This document shows positions 1 through 10,314 of a stretch of DNA of 64,000 nucleotides, one piece after another. Under the pieces are notes generated by a model. That model saw only the letters and a list, made by a program, of their open reading frames with translations, was not told the DNA's origin and did not search any database. The stretch lies in assembly GCF_039970775.1 (NCBI RefSeq), contig NZ_JBDVLG010000056.1:472-64471 (forward strand), read 5' to 3'. The translations under genes were made by a program, and so were the position numbers. The stretch's first letter is position 1, and every line of letters starts with the position of its first letter. Origin of the DNA: Roseobacter sp. Its GTDB lineage: Bacteria > Pseudomonadota > Alphaproteobacteria > Rhodobacterales > Rhodobacteraceae.

Positions 1-2539
1 AATCATCGATCTCAATATCGATGCCCATTTCACCTATTATCTTTAGGTTCCGCTCGATCACGTCATTGCGCGCATCAAGAAAAGCAGATTCCAAGAGCTC
101 GAATGTTATCTTACGCGAAGGTAAATTTAACCGCGAAAGATGGGCGCCAAGTTCCGGGTCATTGAGACGGTTCGCCGAAACATTTACAGAAACACGCGGC
201 ACCACCAGCCCGGCTTTTTCCCAGACCCCCACATCATAAAGAGACCGACGCAGCACCAGATCGTCAAATTGCGCAATCAACCCCATATCCCCGGCCGTTT
301 GCAAAAACTCATCCGGCATCATCAGCCCGTATTTCGCACTTTCCCAACGCACCAGCGCTTCCAAGCCGGTCACCTCCAGTGTGGTTGCATCAAACTGAGG
401 TTGATAATAGCACGTGATTTCACCTTGATCAAAACCCGCAAGTAAGGCGTCTGACGAATTTTTACGACGCCTCGCGTCTTCGCTCATTGTGGTGTCATAA
501 AACCGATGCCGCCCACGCCCCGCCTTTTTTGCTTCGTACAAAGCAAGGTCTGCGTTGATAAACAAATTGGTCCCTGCGGTCGGCAAACCGTCAACAACTG
601 AGATACCGATACTCGTCCCGATGTTGCACTCCTGCGGGCCATAATAAAACGGGCGCGACACCTCGCGGATGATATGCGCGGCCATCTCGTCCAAAAGAGC
701 ATCTTCCGGCGCATTAAAAAGCAGCGCAACAAACTCATCCCCACCAACGCGCGATACAAGCGCCGAGTCGGGTGTGTTTTTCTGCAAAATAGTCGCGACA
801 TGGCGCAATGTCGCATCGCCCGCATCATGCCCCATCGTATCATTGATTTGTTTGAACAGATCGACATCAAAATGCAGCACGGCAAGCCGCCCTGATTTTT
901 CGGACATTATTTCAATATGTTCCGTGTAGACCTCATCCAAACGCCTGCGATTTGCCAAACCGGTTAGCGCATCATGGCGGCTCTCATGTTCCAAACCGGC
1001 CCGCGCGATTTCCAGCTCTTGCGCGCGCAATTTATCCTCTGTGATATCAAAATTCACGCCGTAGTAACGCGGCCCGGTTTCTTCATCTTCGACGTATTTC
1101 CCCCGGCTGCGCACATGAATCACCGCCCCGTCAGCGGTCACCATTCGGTAATCGCGCGCCACATCTTTACCCTGCTCTAGACATTCCTCACTATGAGCCA
1201 CGACGCCCGCGCGGTCATCAGGGTGAATGAAACTGGCCCACGCGTCACCGGCCCTATGGTTTTCCCCATCTGTGATGCCCAACATCGCCAGCAATCGGTC
1301 ATCCCAAAACGCCTGGTTTTCGTTCAGGCTATATTCCCATCGCGCCATTCCGCCGGCGCCCATGACAACATCCAAACGTTCCGCCATGCGCCTGCTTTCA
1401 ATCTCAACGGTTTTGATATCGGTGATGTCTGTATCTATCCCGATGATCCGCACGGGCCTGCCCTGAGCGTTGCGGCGGATCACCCGCCCCCGCGTCAGGA
1501 TCCAGACCCAATGACCCTCTTTGTGGCGCTGACGAAACTTGTAGTTAATTATATCCGTCTCACCCAGATCGAGCCGCCGCCGGTAGTCGCGCAGATATCC
1601 TACATCTTGTGGATGCACTGTTGCCAACCAGGTGTCGCCCGTCTCAGGCACCACATCGTTTGGGCTATACCCTCTCAATTGCCGCCAGGTACGTGATAAA
1701 AAATGGCGTCCTCGTTCAAAATCATGGTCCCAAATACCCTGATAGGCACGCAGCACCGTTGTCCTCAAAAGCTCTTCATTTTCGGCGAAAATCGTACGGC
1801 CAACGGGTGTTTCCATCTCATCCGTGACGTCTGTCTCTGAAATGGTGATTTCCAGCGGGGTGCCATCGCTGGCACGCAGGCTAACGTGACCCTCCCCGAG
1901 CAGCGTCATATCCCCGCCTGTCGTTGTCACCCGGTAGGGCAAACACAGCCGGTCCTCCACCATCGATATCATTGCGGAAATCGCGTTTTGCACCATGCCA
2001 AGATCTTGTGAATGAACGGTTTTTAAATACTCCGCCACCCATAGATGCGGTAGTTCGGGAAGGCCTGCCTGTCCCTCTTCCGGCACGCTGCACGCCCCGC
2101 CCTCGACCGCAAACACCCAACGCCGCGCGGGCGATCCAACGGGCAACACCTCGGCCATGTCGTCGCGACGTACAATAATGTCAACGTATTGCCCCAGAAA
2201 TCCGGTTACTACGCCATCACTATCGGCCATGGGTTTTATCGAAAAAAGATGAACCTGATCACCCAGCTTAAGCGGCACCAGAGCCACATCCAACGCCGCG
2301 TGATTATGCCGCATAGCCTCCAGATGGTTGCTGGCCGCCTGCGATTGTGGATGAGGTAAAAATGCGCGTAAATCCGCACCACTCTGCAAATCATTCGTGC
2401 CCTGCACCTGCAAGGACCGGCACAGCGCATTGCATCTGTGTATTTTCAGATCGACAGACACGACGAATGCAGGCCCCGCCAGCGCCTCCACCAGCGGGTC
2501 AAACAAAGAAAATCCGTCGGCATTGCCCCCACGGCTCAT
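1..2539 (-). CDS. PAS/PAC-GGDEF-EAL c-di-GMP cyclase/phosphodiesterase (partial: C-terminus runs off the left edge; absent from the ORF track)
   Basis: Translated by hand from ATG at 2539 (MSRGGNADG...). The frame stays open to position 2. It contains PAS/PAC repeats (VHPQD, IHPDD, WVWILTRG), then HDALTGLANRR, FKQINDTMGHDAGD, RVGGDEF, LEALVRW and GIDIEIDD. Confidence 0.93.
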   Translation of the reverse strand, partial: MSRGGNADGFSLFDPLVEALAGPAFVVSVDLKIHRCNALCRSLQVQGTNDLQSGADLRAFLPHPQSQAASNHLEAMRHNHAALDVALVPLKLGDQVHLFSIKPMADSDGVVTGFLGQYVDIIVRRDDMAEVLPVGSPARRWVFAVEGGACSVPEEGQAGLPELPHLWVAEYLKTVHSQDLGMVQNAISAMISMVEDRLCLPYRVTTTGGDMTLLGEGHVSLRASDGTPLEITISETDVTDEMETPVGRTIFAENEELLRTTVLRAYQGIWDHDFERGRHFLSRTWRQLRGYSPNDVVPETGDTWLATVHPQDVGYLRDYRRRLDLGETDIINYKFRQRHKEGHWVWILTRGRVIRRNAQGRPVRIIGIDTDITDIKTVEIESRRMAERLDVVMGAGGMARWEYSLNENQAFWDDRLLAMLGITDGENHRAGDAWASFIHPDDRAGVVAHSEECLEQGKDVARDYRMVTADGAVIHVRSRGKYVEDEETGPRYYGVNFDITEDKLRAQELEIARAGLEHESRHDALTGLANRRRLDEVYTEHIEIMSEKSGRLAVLHFDVDLFKQINDTMGHDAGDATLRHVATILQKNTPDSALVSRVGGDEFVALLFNAPEDALLDEMAAHIIREVSRPFYYGPQECNIGTSIGISVVDGLPTAGTNLFINADLALYEAKKAGRGRHRFYDTTMSEDARRRKNSSDALLAGFDQGEITCYYQPQFDATTLEVTGLEALVRWESAKYGLMMPDEFLQTAGDMGLIAQFDDLVLRRSLYDVGVWEKAGLVVPRVSVNVSANRLNDPELGAHLSRLNLPSRKITFELLESAFLDARNDVIERNLKIIGEMGIDIEIDD

Positions 2540-2785
2540 AAGGCCCTCGCGCTTAAACCCAGCCTTGGTCATAGCAGGTTGAGCTTTAAGGGCGCGTTAT
2601 CAAATAAAAAATTAGTCGATTTGTACCGATTTCACCCCGTTCCTGCGGGTACGAAACGGTAGGGACACGCCCCGCCATGCTATCGGCATGCGCCAACATC
2701 CGTCCGCGCCGATAGACCGACAGGGGCATCCTCTGGCGCTCACCAGAGGCGCTATGCCGCCACCTTCAACGGCCGCGCCAACGCA

Positions 2786-2809
2786 GCGGCCCCGAAACAC
2801 CGGGGCCGC
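2786..2809 (-). terminator. GC-rich hairpin downstream of scoB, possible terminator
   Basis: GCGGCCCCG-aaacac-CGGGGCCGC, a 9-bp stem about 20 nt after the scoB stop; the U-tract is weak. Confidence 0.4.
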
Positions 2810-2829
2810 CAATGTCTGAGACTTGGGGG

Positions 2830-3453
2830 TTAAACGATCGTCGCGGCCGTTGCGGCGCGCAGCGCGTCCTCGGTCACACCATCTGCCGTCTCAACGATCC
2901 GCAAACCGCCCTCGACCACATCCAGAACACCAAGGTTGGTGATGATCCGGTCCACCACCCCCTGCCCCGTCAACGGCAGCGTACAGGCCGGCAGCAATTT
3001 ACTATCGCCATGTTTATTGGTGTGGTCCATCACCACAATCACACGCCCAACACCGGCGACCAAATCCATCGCGCCCCCCATGCCTTTGACCAACTTCCCG
3101 GGGATCATCCAATTCGCAAGATCACCGTTTTCGGCCACTTCCATAGCGCCCAAAATCGCCGCTGCAATCTTGCCACCACGGATCATGCCAAAGCTGGTCG
3201 CACTGTCAAAATAGGCAGTCCGGTCCAATTCGGTGATGGTCTGCTTGCCCGCGTTGATCAGATCCGCGTCCTCCTCACCCTCGACAGGAAAGGGGCCCAT
3301 GCCCAACATGCCGTTCTCGGATTGCAACGTAATATCTTTGTCGCCCACGTAATTCGCGACCAACGTCGGAATGCCGATGCCAAGGTTCACATACATGCCA
3401 TCTTCGAGCTCTTGTGCCGCACGTGCGGCCATTTGGTTGCGATCCCAAGACAT
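2830..3453 (-). CDS. scoB: 3-oxoacid CoA-transferase subunit B
   Basis: VNLGIGIPT, the catalytic-Glu motif QSENG and GMGGAMDL; it abuts the subunit A gene. Confidence 0.92.
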   Translation of the reverse strand: MSWDRNQMAARAAQELEDGMYVNLGIGIPTLVANYVGDKDITLQSENGMLGMGPFPVEGEEDADLINAGKQTITELDRTAYFDSATSFGMIRGGKIAAAILGAMEVAENGDLANWMIPGKLVKGMGGAMDLVAGVGRVIVVMDHTNKHGDSKLLPACTLPLTGQGVVDRIITNLGVLDVVEGGLRIVETADGVTEDALRAATAATIV

Positions 3454-4157
3454 TATGTCGTCTCCTTCTGGCGGACTGTCCGTTGTTCGATACGTTTTTC
3501 GTGTGTTCCCTGAATCACGCGGTTTACATAGATGCCGGGCAAATGGATGCCATCGGGGTCAAGACTGCCCATGGGCACAATTTCTTCGACCTCAGCGACG
3601 CAGATGCGCCCACACATGGCGGCCGGCGGGTTGAAATTACGCGCGGTTTTGCGGAACACAAGGTTGCCCGACGGATCCGCCTTCCATGCTTTGACGATGG
3701 ACAGATCTGCAAAGATCCCTTCTTCCAGGATATAGGTCTCGCCGCCAAAATCTTTGTGCTCTTTGCCCTCAGCAATCACCGTCCCGACACCCGTTTTGGT
3801 GTAGAATCCCGGAATACCGCAGCCCCCCGCACGCATGCGCTCGGCCAACGTGCCTTGTGGGTTGAACTCCAGCTCCAGTTCTCCTGATAGGTACTGCCGC
3901 ATGAATTCCGCGTTTTCCCCAACATAGGAAGAGATCATTTTCTTGACCTGTTTGGATTGCAACAAGATGCCGATGCCGAAATCATCCACACCCGCGTTGT
4001 TTGACGCAAAGGTCAGGTCGTTGGTGCCCGCGTCTTTGATCGCCTGCAACAGCAGCTCTGGGATGCCACACAGGCCAAATCCACCCGCCGCAATCAACAT
4101 GCCGTCTTGCAAAACGTCCTCTAGCGCCAATGCCGCCGTGTCATAGATTTTATTCAT
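3453..4157 (-). CDS. scoA: 3-oxoacid CoA-transferase subunit A
   Basis: [22 protein letters not shown] and KTARNFNP are typical CoA-transferase family I alpha-subunit motifs. Confidence 0.92.
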   Translation of the reverse strand: MNKIYDTAALALEDVLQDGMLIAAGGFGLCGIPELLLQAIKDAGTNDLTFASNNAGVDDFGIGILLQSKQVKKMISSYVGENAEFMRQYLSGELELEFNPQGTLAERMRAGGCGIPGFYTKTGVGTVIAEGKEHKDFGGETYILEEGIFADLSIVKAWKADPSGNLVFRKTARNFNPPAAMCGRICVAEVEEIVPMGSLDPDGIHLPGIYVNRVIQGTHEKRIEQRTVRQKETT

Positions 4158-4300
4158 GAAACCCCCATGTAAATGTCAGGCGCGCTGTTGGGCCGGGACC
4201 CGCGCCTGGTGATGCCGAATCCTAAGGCGAACTGTTTCGCGACCGGGCTCCATGTGCAACCATATTCCCACGCGCCAGCATCAAACCCCGGTGTCTCCCG

Positions 4301-5062
4301 TCAGGTGCGCGCCATCCAGCTTAGGGTTTCGTCTGTGGGTGCGGTGGGCTTGTATTCCGCCCCCAAAGGCCCGCGAAACCCCAATTTATCCACCAACCGA
4401 AAGATATGTGCATAGTTGATTTCGCCGGTATCCGGGGGCCCACGGTCAGGGACACTGGCAAATTGAATATGCCCGATCAACGGCAGCAAACGTTCAAGGC
4501 GGCGGCTCAGATCGCCCTCCATCAGTTGAACGTGGTAACAATCAAACATCAGCTTAAGGTTCGGCGCGCCGATCTCTTCGATAATCTGCTGGGCTTGCGC
4601 CGTTGTCGTCAGGAAATATCCCGGCGCGTCATAATGGTTTAACGGCTCAATCAATATTGAAATGCCATGGTGGCCCGCGGCTTCACAGGCGTATCGCAGC
4701 GCGCTGACAAAACACGCATGGGCCGCAGCGCCTTGGGCAAAACCGGCCATCACATGTATGTTTGCGGCCCCGATCTGGGCCGCATAGTGCACCGCCTCGT
4801 CGATCGCGGCGCGGGCCTCATATGTGCGCCCAACCAACGCCGACAGGCCATTGTCGCCCGCCGCCACGTCCCCGCGCCGGGTGTTCAACCCCAACATCGG
4901 CAACCCCGTTTCGGCCAGCGCCGCCACGACATCCTGCACAGGCACCTCGTATGGCCAATGACATTCCACCGCGTCAAACCCCGCAGCCTTGGCCGCACGA
5001 ATGGCATCGGGCAGGGGGCGGTCCGTCCAGAGAAACCCCAAATTCGCTGAAAACTGCGTCAT
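4301..5062 (-). CDS. otnI: 2-oxo-tetronate isomerase / hydroxypyruvate isomerase family
   Basis: FSANLGFLW, GFDAVE, IEPLN, FDCYHVQ and HIQFASVPDRG (Hyi family). The ATG at 5062 overlaps the otnC stop (ATGA), and the gene sits with otnK/otnC. Confidence 0.8.
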   Translation of the reverse strand: MTQFSANLGFLWTDRPLPDAIRAAKAAGFDAVECHWPYEVPVQDVVAALAETGLPMLGLNTRRGDVAAGDNGLSALVGRTYEARAAIDEAVHYAAQIGAANIHVMAGFAQGAAAHACFVSALRYACEAAGHHGISILIEPLNHYDAPGYFLTTTAQAQQIIEEIGAPNLKLMFDCYHVQLMEGDLSRRLERLLPLIGHIQFASVPDRGPPDTGEINYAHIFRLVDKLGFRGPLGAEYKPTAPTDETLSWMART

Positions 5063-5709
5063 GCGTCCCATTCCACGTCAAAATGCGTCACGATATCGGT
5101 GACCTGTTGGGGGCTCAGCATCCGCGCGTCATAGCCCCGCATCAACATCGCCAATCGCGCCGTATCTTCTAATTCTTCGATGGCATTGCAGGCGGCGTGC
5201 ACGTCCTTGCCCGCGACAACCGGCCCGTGATTGGCCAACATCACCGCGCTGCGTTTGCCCGCCAGCCCCCGCACCGCATCGCCCATGGCAGGGTCGCCCG
5301 GCCGGAAAAACGGCAACAGCTTGACCTTGCCCAGTTTCATAATCGCGTAAGGGGTAAGTGGGGGCAGAAAATTATCGGGATCCACGTCTGGCATCATCGA
5401 CCACGCGACCGAATGACATGCATGCAAATGCACCACCGCACCCGCGTTGCTGCGGGTGTCGTAAAACGCGGTGTGCAGGGGCATTTCTTTGGTGGGCGGG
5501 TCGCCGTCAATCAACCGCCCCTGCCCGTCAAACCGGCTCAGGCGTGCGGGGTCGAGCCGGCCAAAACTGGTGCCTGTGGGCGACACCAACAACCCGCCAT
5601 CCGGTGTGCGCGCCGAAATATTCCCCGTGCTGCCCCCCGTGAGGCCACGGTCAAACATCGATTTGGCCAGCAGGCAGATATCTTCGCGCAGGGTCACGTC
5701 GGCGGTCAT
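5059..5709 (-). CDS. otnC: 3-oxo-tetronate 4-phosphate decarboxylase (class II aldolase family)
   Basis: STGNISAR, PTKEMPLH, VVHLHACH and LANHGPVV; directly downstream of a DUF1537 kinase. Confidence 0.88.
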   Translation of the reverse strand: MTADVTLREDICLLAKSMFDRGLTGGSTGNISARTPDGGLLVSPTGTSFGRLDPARLSRFDGQGRLIDGDPPTKEMPLHTAFYDTRSNAGAVVHLHACHSVAWSMMPDVDPDNFLPPLTPYAIMKLGKVKLLPFFRPGDPAMGDAVRGLAGKRSAVMLANHGPVVAGKDVHAACNAIEELEDTARLAMLMRGYDARMLSPQQVTDIVTHFDVEWDA

Positions 5710-6974
5710 GTCAGATCCAGTTTTGAAAGGGCTTGGGCAAAGAACCCTTCGGCGCCAAAATTCCCCGATTTAAGCGCCAAGGCAATCATATGCCCCGCGC
5801 TGTGGCAATACGTCCAAGGAACACCGGGCGCGATTTCGGCGCCGACGTCAAGGCGCGACACGCCCAACGCCTGCGTCACTGCGCCCGACGTTTCGCCCCC
5901 CGCCACCACAAAACGGCGTGCGCCGCAGTCTCGGGCGACCAGCGCCAGACTGGCAAGCGCACGTTCCACCAATGCCCCCGCCGCACCCGCGCCCAATTCT
6001 GACTGGGCGGCGCGCACCGCATCGGGTTCGGCCGTTGCATAGACAAGCGGCGCCGCGGCAAGGTCTTGGTCGCGCAGCCAGTCTTCGGCGGCGGTGCTAC
6101 CGGTATGAAAGAGCGTCAGAGGGTCCAGCCGGTAACTGGGGGCCACCTTGGCGTAGGCCGCCACCTGCGCCCGTGTCATCGCAGAACAACTGCCCGACAA
6201 GACGACCCCACCCCCCCCCGCAGTGGGCGGCGCAGATTTAGCGGTATCGCCCGTTAACATCCCATCCGCCATGTATAACGCGGGCAAGGGCGCAGCGACC
6301 GCACTGCCCCCTGTTAGCAAGGGCATATCCCGGCAGGCAGACGCGATCAGATCCAGATCGGCGTTGGCGACCGCATCCACCACCACATGCCCGACACCGT
6401 CTAAGGCCAACTGCCCCAGCGCCGCCCGGATCGCATCTGCGCCCTGCGCCACGGTCAGCCGGTCCACCAGACCGGTTTGCCCCGTGACTTGCGGCGCCAG
6501 CAACCGCATCAGGCTGCTGTCACGCATCGGCGTCAGCGGGTGATCTTTCATCGGGCTTTCGGCCAAGGGCTGCTGCCCCACAAACAGGTGACCCATAAAG
6601 ATCGACCGCCCGTTTTCGGGGAACGCGGGGCAATAGATCGTTTGTGCCACCCCCAAATCGGCCATCAGGGCCTCGGCCACCGGGCCGATATTGCCGTCAG
6701 GCGTGCTGTCGAAGGTAGAGCAATACTTCCAGAAAAATCGCTTGGCCCCTGCGGCCTGCAACCACGCCAAAGCCGCGCGGCATTCGGCCACGGCGTCGGC
6801 CACAGGGCTGGTGCGGCATTTCAGGGCAATCACCTCAAAGGCCGCCGCGTCGGTGGGCGGGGCGTCGGGCACCCCGATCCGCAGCGAAACCTTGACCCCG
6901 CTGCGCGCCAACAGCCCGGCAAGATCCGTTGCCCCGGTGAAATCATCGGCGATACAGCCCAACACGGTGGTCAT
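5706..6974 (-). CDS. otnK: 3-oxo-tetronate kinase (DUF1537 / four-carbon acid sugar kinase)
   Basis: GCIADDFTGATD, WKYCSTFDST, LSGSCS, AGGETSG and ALKSGNFG. The likely start is MTTVLG at 6974; the track's 7106 start overlaps ltnD. Confidence 0.9.
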   Translation of the reverse strand: MTTVLGCIADDFTGATDLAGLLARSGVKVSLRIGVPDAPPTDAAAFEVIALKCRTSPVADAVAECRAALAWLQAAGAKRFFWKYCSTFDSTPDGNIGPVAEALMADLGVAQTIYCPAFPENGRSIFMGHLFVGQQPLAESPMKDHPLTPMRDSSLMRLLAPQVTGQTGLVDRLTVAQGADAIRAALGQLALDGVGHVVVDAVANADLDLIASACRDMPLLTGGSAVAAPLPALYMADGMLTGDTAKSAPPTAGGGGVVLSGSCSAMTRAQVAAYAKVAPSYRLDPLTLFHTGSTAAEDWLRDQDLAAAPLVYATAEPDAVRAAQSELGAGAAGALVERALASLALVARDCGARRFVVAGGETSGAVTQALGVSRLDVGAEIAPGVPWTYCHSAGHMIALALKSGNFGAEGFFAQALSKLDLT

Positions 6975-7005
6975 ACCCCAGCCACCGTCTGCACGCGGCA
7001 CCGGG

Positions 7006-7899
7006 TCATGCATCCCCCGGCAGGACAAGCCCTGCATTGCGCGCATAAACCTTGGCCACCGCCGCATCATCTTCTGCACCCAGACCTTGGCCCGCAGCCG
7101 CCACAAATTGCTGCAACGCTGCGGCGGTCAATGGCGCGCTAAACTTGTCTGCCTTGGCGATGTCGAGCACGATCCCGAGATCTTTTAGCCAAATATCAAC
7201 CGCGCTATGGGGGGTATAATCCCCCGCAACAATATGCGGCGCACGGTTTTCCAACATCCAACTGGTGCCCGCGCATTTGCTGATCACATCGACAAAGGTT
7301 TCGGGTTTCACACCTTGCGTCATGCCAAAGGTCAGCGCTTCGGCCATGGTCGCGATATGCACGCCAGCCAACAGCTGATTGACCGCCTTCATCGCGGACC
7401 CCGCCCCCACATCGCCCAGCTGAAACACCGTCTCGGCACAGGCATCAAGGACCGCTGCCGCGGCTGCAAAGGCGTCTTTTGACCCCGCTGCCATCACCGA
7501 CAGCTGCCCTGACGCGGCCTTAACCGCACCGCCTGAAATCGGTGCATCAAGATAGTGCACCCCATATTCGGCCGACCGCGCGCCCAGATCACGCGCGACA
7601 TCGGGCGGGACCGTCGCACACGACACAACCACAGCGCCGGGTTTCAGCAAGGGCACCACGCCGTCCGCCCCAAACAACACCGTTTGGGTTTGCTGGGCGT
7701 TCAGGACCACCACAACAACCGTGTCCAGATCTGCGGCGACGTCGGGCAATGCCCCCTCAGCGCCCCCTTCGGCGATGAATTTGGCACATAGATCCGGGTC
7801 TAAGTCGACCCCGAACGTCGCATGCCCTTCGCGTAAAACGGACTGCGCGATGCCATATCCCATCGAGCCCAAACCAATCACGGCTGTCTTTTGCACCAT
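7006..7899 (-). CDS. ltnD: L-threonate dehydrogenase (beta-hydroxyacid dehydrogenase family)
   Basis: VIGLGSMG Rossmann motif, LDAPISGG and MKAVNQLLAGVHIA; context with otnK-otnC-otnI. Start at MVQKT (7899). Confidence 0.85.
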   Translation of the reverse strand: MVQKTAVIGLGSMGYGIAQSVLREGHATFGVDLDPDLCAKFIAEGGAEGALPDVAADLDTVVVVVLNAQQTQTVLFGADGVVPLLKPGAVVVSCATVPPDVARDLGARSAEYGVHYLDAPISGGAVKAASGQLSVMAAGSKDAFAAAAAVLDACAETVFQLGDVGAGSAMKAVNQLLAGVHIATMAEALTFGMTQGVKPETFVDVISKCAGTSWMLENRAPHIVAGDYTPHSAVDIWLKDLGIVLDIAKADKFSAPLTAAALQQFVAAAGQGLGAEDDAAVAKVYARNAGLVLPGDA

Positions 7900-8089
7900 A
7901 CCTGCGTCCTCCCAGACCCTTGCACCATATGGCGCATCAGCATTCATAGGCACTATGTGCTATATTCCGTTAGATTCAAAAGACTTTCCCCAAGGACGTG
8001 ACGTCGCATGCCCTGCCCGAAACCCGCACGGAACATGACGCAATCGCACGCGCCTTTGGCGACGAGCCACCGGGGGTTCGCACCCCGCC

Positions 8090-9136
8090 CTATGGGCCCT
8101 CGGCAACACGCGCGGCCAGCGATATCTTTTGGCCAGATGCCGCAGATCTGTAAATCGCATCCTTGATCCGAATGACGGTCAGATAATCATGCGCTTGGTT
8201 TTCAACCGCGTGCCCGTGCAACACCGCCTGCACCACGTGGTTTTGTAGATGATACACACAATCGCCGCCGAAACCGCCCCACGTGTCAGGCGGCGATACC
8301 ATCACATGGGCCTGATCGCCCTGCGCCCGAAACTGCACCGCGCCGTCCCCTGTCAGGGTCAAAACCCCCTTGGATCCTTCAAACAACGCCTCGCCCATGG
8401 TGCGGCGGTGGTTATCGGCGGGGTGGTCGCAATGGCGGTTGCCATCCAGCACCGTGCGCACGCCATGCGGGTGGTCAAAGATCACAAAACCCGCGTCTTC
8501 GCCTGCAATCGCTGGGTTAATCTGGCGCAAATCCGCATAGACGGCGCTTGGGTTGCCAAACAGGAACCGGAAGGTATCGACCCAATGCACCCCGGTTTCG
8601 TGGATCAAAAACCGAGGCATCTGCTGGAAATAGGGCTGGCGGTCCAGATAGGCGTTTGGCCCCTGCCCGTCACCGGGCCGCACCCTGAAACACGCCTGAA
8701 GCGGGGTGCCAATGCGGCCTGCATCCAGTTGCGATTTGATGCACCGGTACCACGGCATAAACCTGAAATTCTCGTGTATGATCAGCGTTGCGCCCGCGGT
8801 TTCGGCCAGGTCTGCCAGAGCGGTGGCCGTGTCGATATCTAGGCAAAACGGTTTTTGGCAGATGATGGTTTTCACACCGGCGGCCACAGCGGCCCGGATT
8901 GTGTCGCGATGGCCTTCGGGAGGCAGAATGATATCAAGGATATCAGGCACCACCTGCGTCAACATGGCGTGCACATCCTCAAAGGCGGGCAGCCCCGTGG
9001 CCTGCGCCAGTTCGATATTGCGATCTGCGGCCCCCACGCAAGTAACCTGCGCAATGCGCGCCCATGCGTCATAATGAAACTGGCTGAAATACCCCGCACC
9101 AACGCAGGCAACGCGCAGCGCACCGTCTGACATCAC
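8090..9136 (-). CDS. Gfo/Idh/MocA family NAD(P)-dependent oxidoreductase
   Basis: VACVGAGYFS, ICQKPF, HENFRF and ETGVHWVD; translationally coupled to the upstream IPMDH-like gene. Confidence 0.88.
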   Translation of the reverse strand: MMSDGALRVACVGAGYFSQFHYDAWARIAQVTCVGAADRNIELAQATGLPAFEDVHAMLTQVVPDILDIILPPEGHRDTIRAAVAAGVKTIICQKPFCLDIDTATALADLAETAGATLIIHENFRFMPWYRCIKSQLDAGRIGTPLQACFRVRPGDGQGPNAYLDRQPYFQQMPRFLIHETGVHWVDTFRFLFGNPSAVYADLRQINPAIAGEDAGFVIFDHPHGVRTVLDGNRHCDHPADNHRRTMGEALFEGSKGVLTLTGDGAVQFRAQGDQAHVMVSPPDTWGGFGGDCVYHLQNHVVQAVLHGHAVENQAHDYLTVIRIKDAIYRSAASGQKISLAARVAEGP

Positions 9137-10224
9137 ACAGCCCTTAAGGCAGCGCGCACCGCATCTGCCGCCTGATCCGTCGTAGCCGCACCGCCAAGGT
9201 CGCGCGTCAAAGCGCCGCCTTGGGCAATCGCGGCTTCGGTCGCGGCCCGCAGGCGCACGCCATCAGCGCCCAGCGCGGCATTGTCGTACCGTGTCCCTAG
9301 CCAGTCCAACATCATCGCCCCCGACAAGATCATCGCAAAGGGGTTCGCCACCCCCTGCCCCGCGATATCGGGCGCGGACCCGTGGCAGGGTTGAAACACC
9401 GCATGATCCAGCCCGATGTCCGCCGATGGTGCAACGCCCAAGCCCCCCATCAGCCCAGCGCCCAGATCAGACAGGATATCGCCAAACATATTCTCCGTCA
9501 CCAACACGTCAAAATCCCATGGTTTTTGCACAAACCAAAGCGCTGTCGCGTCCACATAGGCGTGATCGCTGGTCAGGTCGGGGTGCTGCGTCGCCTCTTT
9601 ATCGAAAATCTCGCGGAAGAATGCAAAGGCGCGAAAGACGTTCGCCTTGTCGACGCAGGTCACGTGCCCCGGCCCGCGCCCGGTGTCTTTTCGGGTGCGC
9701 GCCATATCAAAGGCGAACTTGAACAACAGTTCAGACGTTTTGCGCGTGATCAACAGCGTCTCGCGCGCTTCGTTTTCGGTGACCTCGCCGCAGCCTTGGG
9801 TGTGAAACAACCCTTCGGTGCTTTCGCGGATCAACACGAAATCTACGGGTTTGTCATCCGGCAGGTTCAACGGGGTCTTTTGGCCCGGAAAAATCCGCAC
9901 AGGCCGCACACCAGCAAAGAGGTTTAGCGCCTTGCGCAGATCAATTTGCGGCGAGATTTCCGTCCCATCGGGATAGCGCACCGATGGTAACCCCATGGCA
10001 GATAACAAAATCGCATCCGCTCCGCGCGCGATCTGCATAGACGTGTCTGGCAAAGAGTGCCCCGTGTTCGCATAATGCGCAGCCCCCGCGGCACAACCGA
10101 TAAAATTTAGGCCATAGCCCCCCTGAACCGCCAGATCCGCCAAAATATCCAGCGTCGGACGGATGATTTCGGGGCCGATCCCGTCGCCTTCGAACACCGC
10201 AACATCAAACGTGTTTTTCATCAC
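9133..10224 (-). CDS. Isocitrate/isopropylmalate/tartrate dehydrogenase family protein, atypical (catalytic Tyr replaced by Phe)
   Basis: GDGIGPEI, LRK...VRP, VDKAN, ENMFGDILSD and PCHGSAPDIAG. It reads RESTEGLF where the family has RExTxGxY. Start is GTG 10224 or ATG 10221. Confidence 0.88.
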   Translation of the reverse strand: MMKNTFDVAVFEGDGIGPEIIRPTLDILADLAVQGGYGLNFIGCAAGAAHYANTGHSLPDTSMQIARGADAILLSAMGLPSVRYPDGTEISPQIDLRKALNLFAGVRPVRIFPGQKTPLNLPDDKPVDFVLIRESTEGLFHTQGCGEVTENEARETLLITRKTSELLFKFAFDMARTRKDTGRGPGHVTCVDKANVFRAFAFFREIFDKEATQHPDLTSDHAYVDATALWFVQKPWDFDVLVTENMFGDILSDLGAGLMGGLGVAPSADIGLDHAVFQPCHGSAPDIAGQGVANPFAMILSGAMMLDWLGTRYDNAALGADGVRLRAATEAAIAQGGALTRDLGGAATTDQAADAVRAALRAV

Positions 10225-10298
10225 TTATCGTGCCTCTTTGTATTTCAGCAGCAGTGCCCTAAGATCACTCAAGATTATCAGTAGCAGCGCATCACAAA

Positions 10299-10314
10299 TT
10301 AATGCATACATTAA
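10299..10314. promoter_or_regulatory. Palindromic operator in the divergent promoter of the IPMDH-like and ABM genes
   Basis: TTAATG-CATA-CATTAA, also a tandem TTAATGCAT x2. The core resembles GntR/FadR-type sites (inference). Confidence 0.6.

Noticed and set aside
9133-10224. leuB
   Set aside because: No leuCD nearby, motif substitutions, and a catabolic context.
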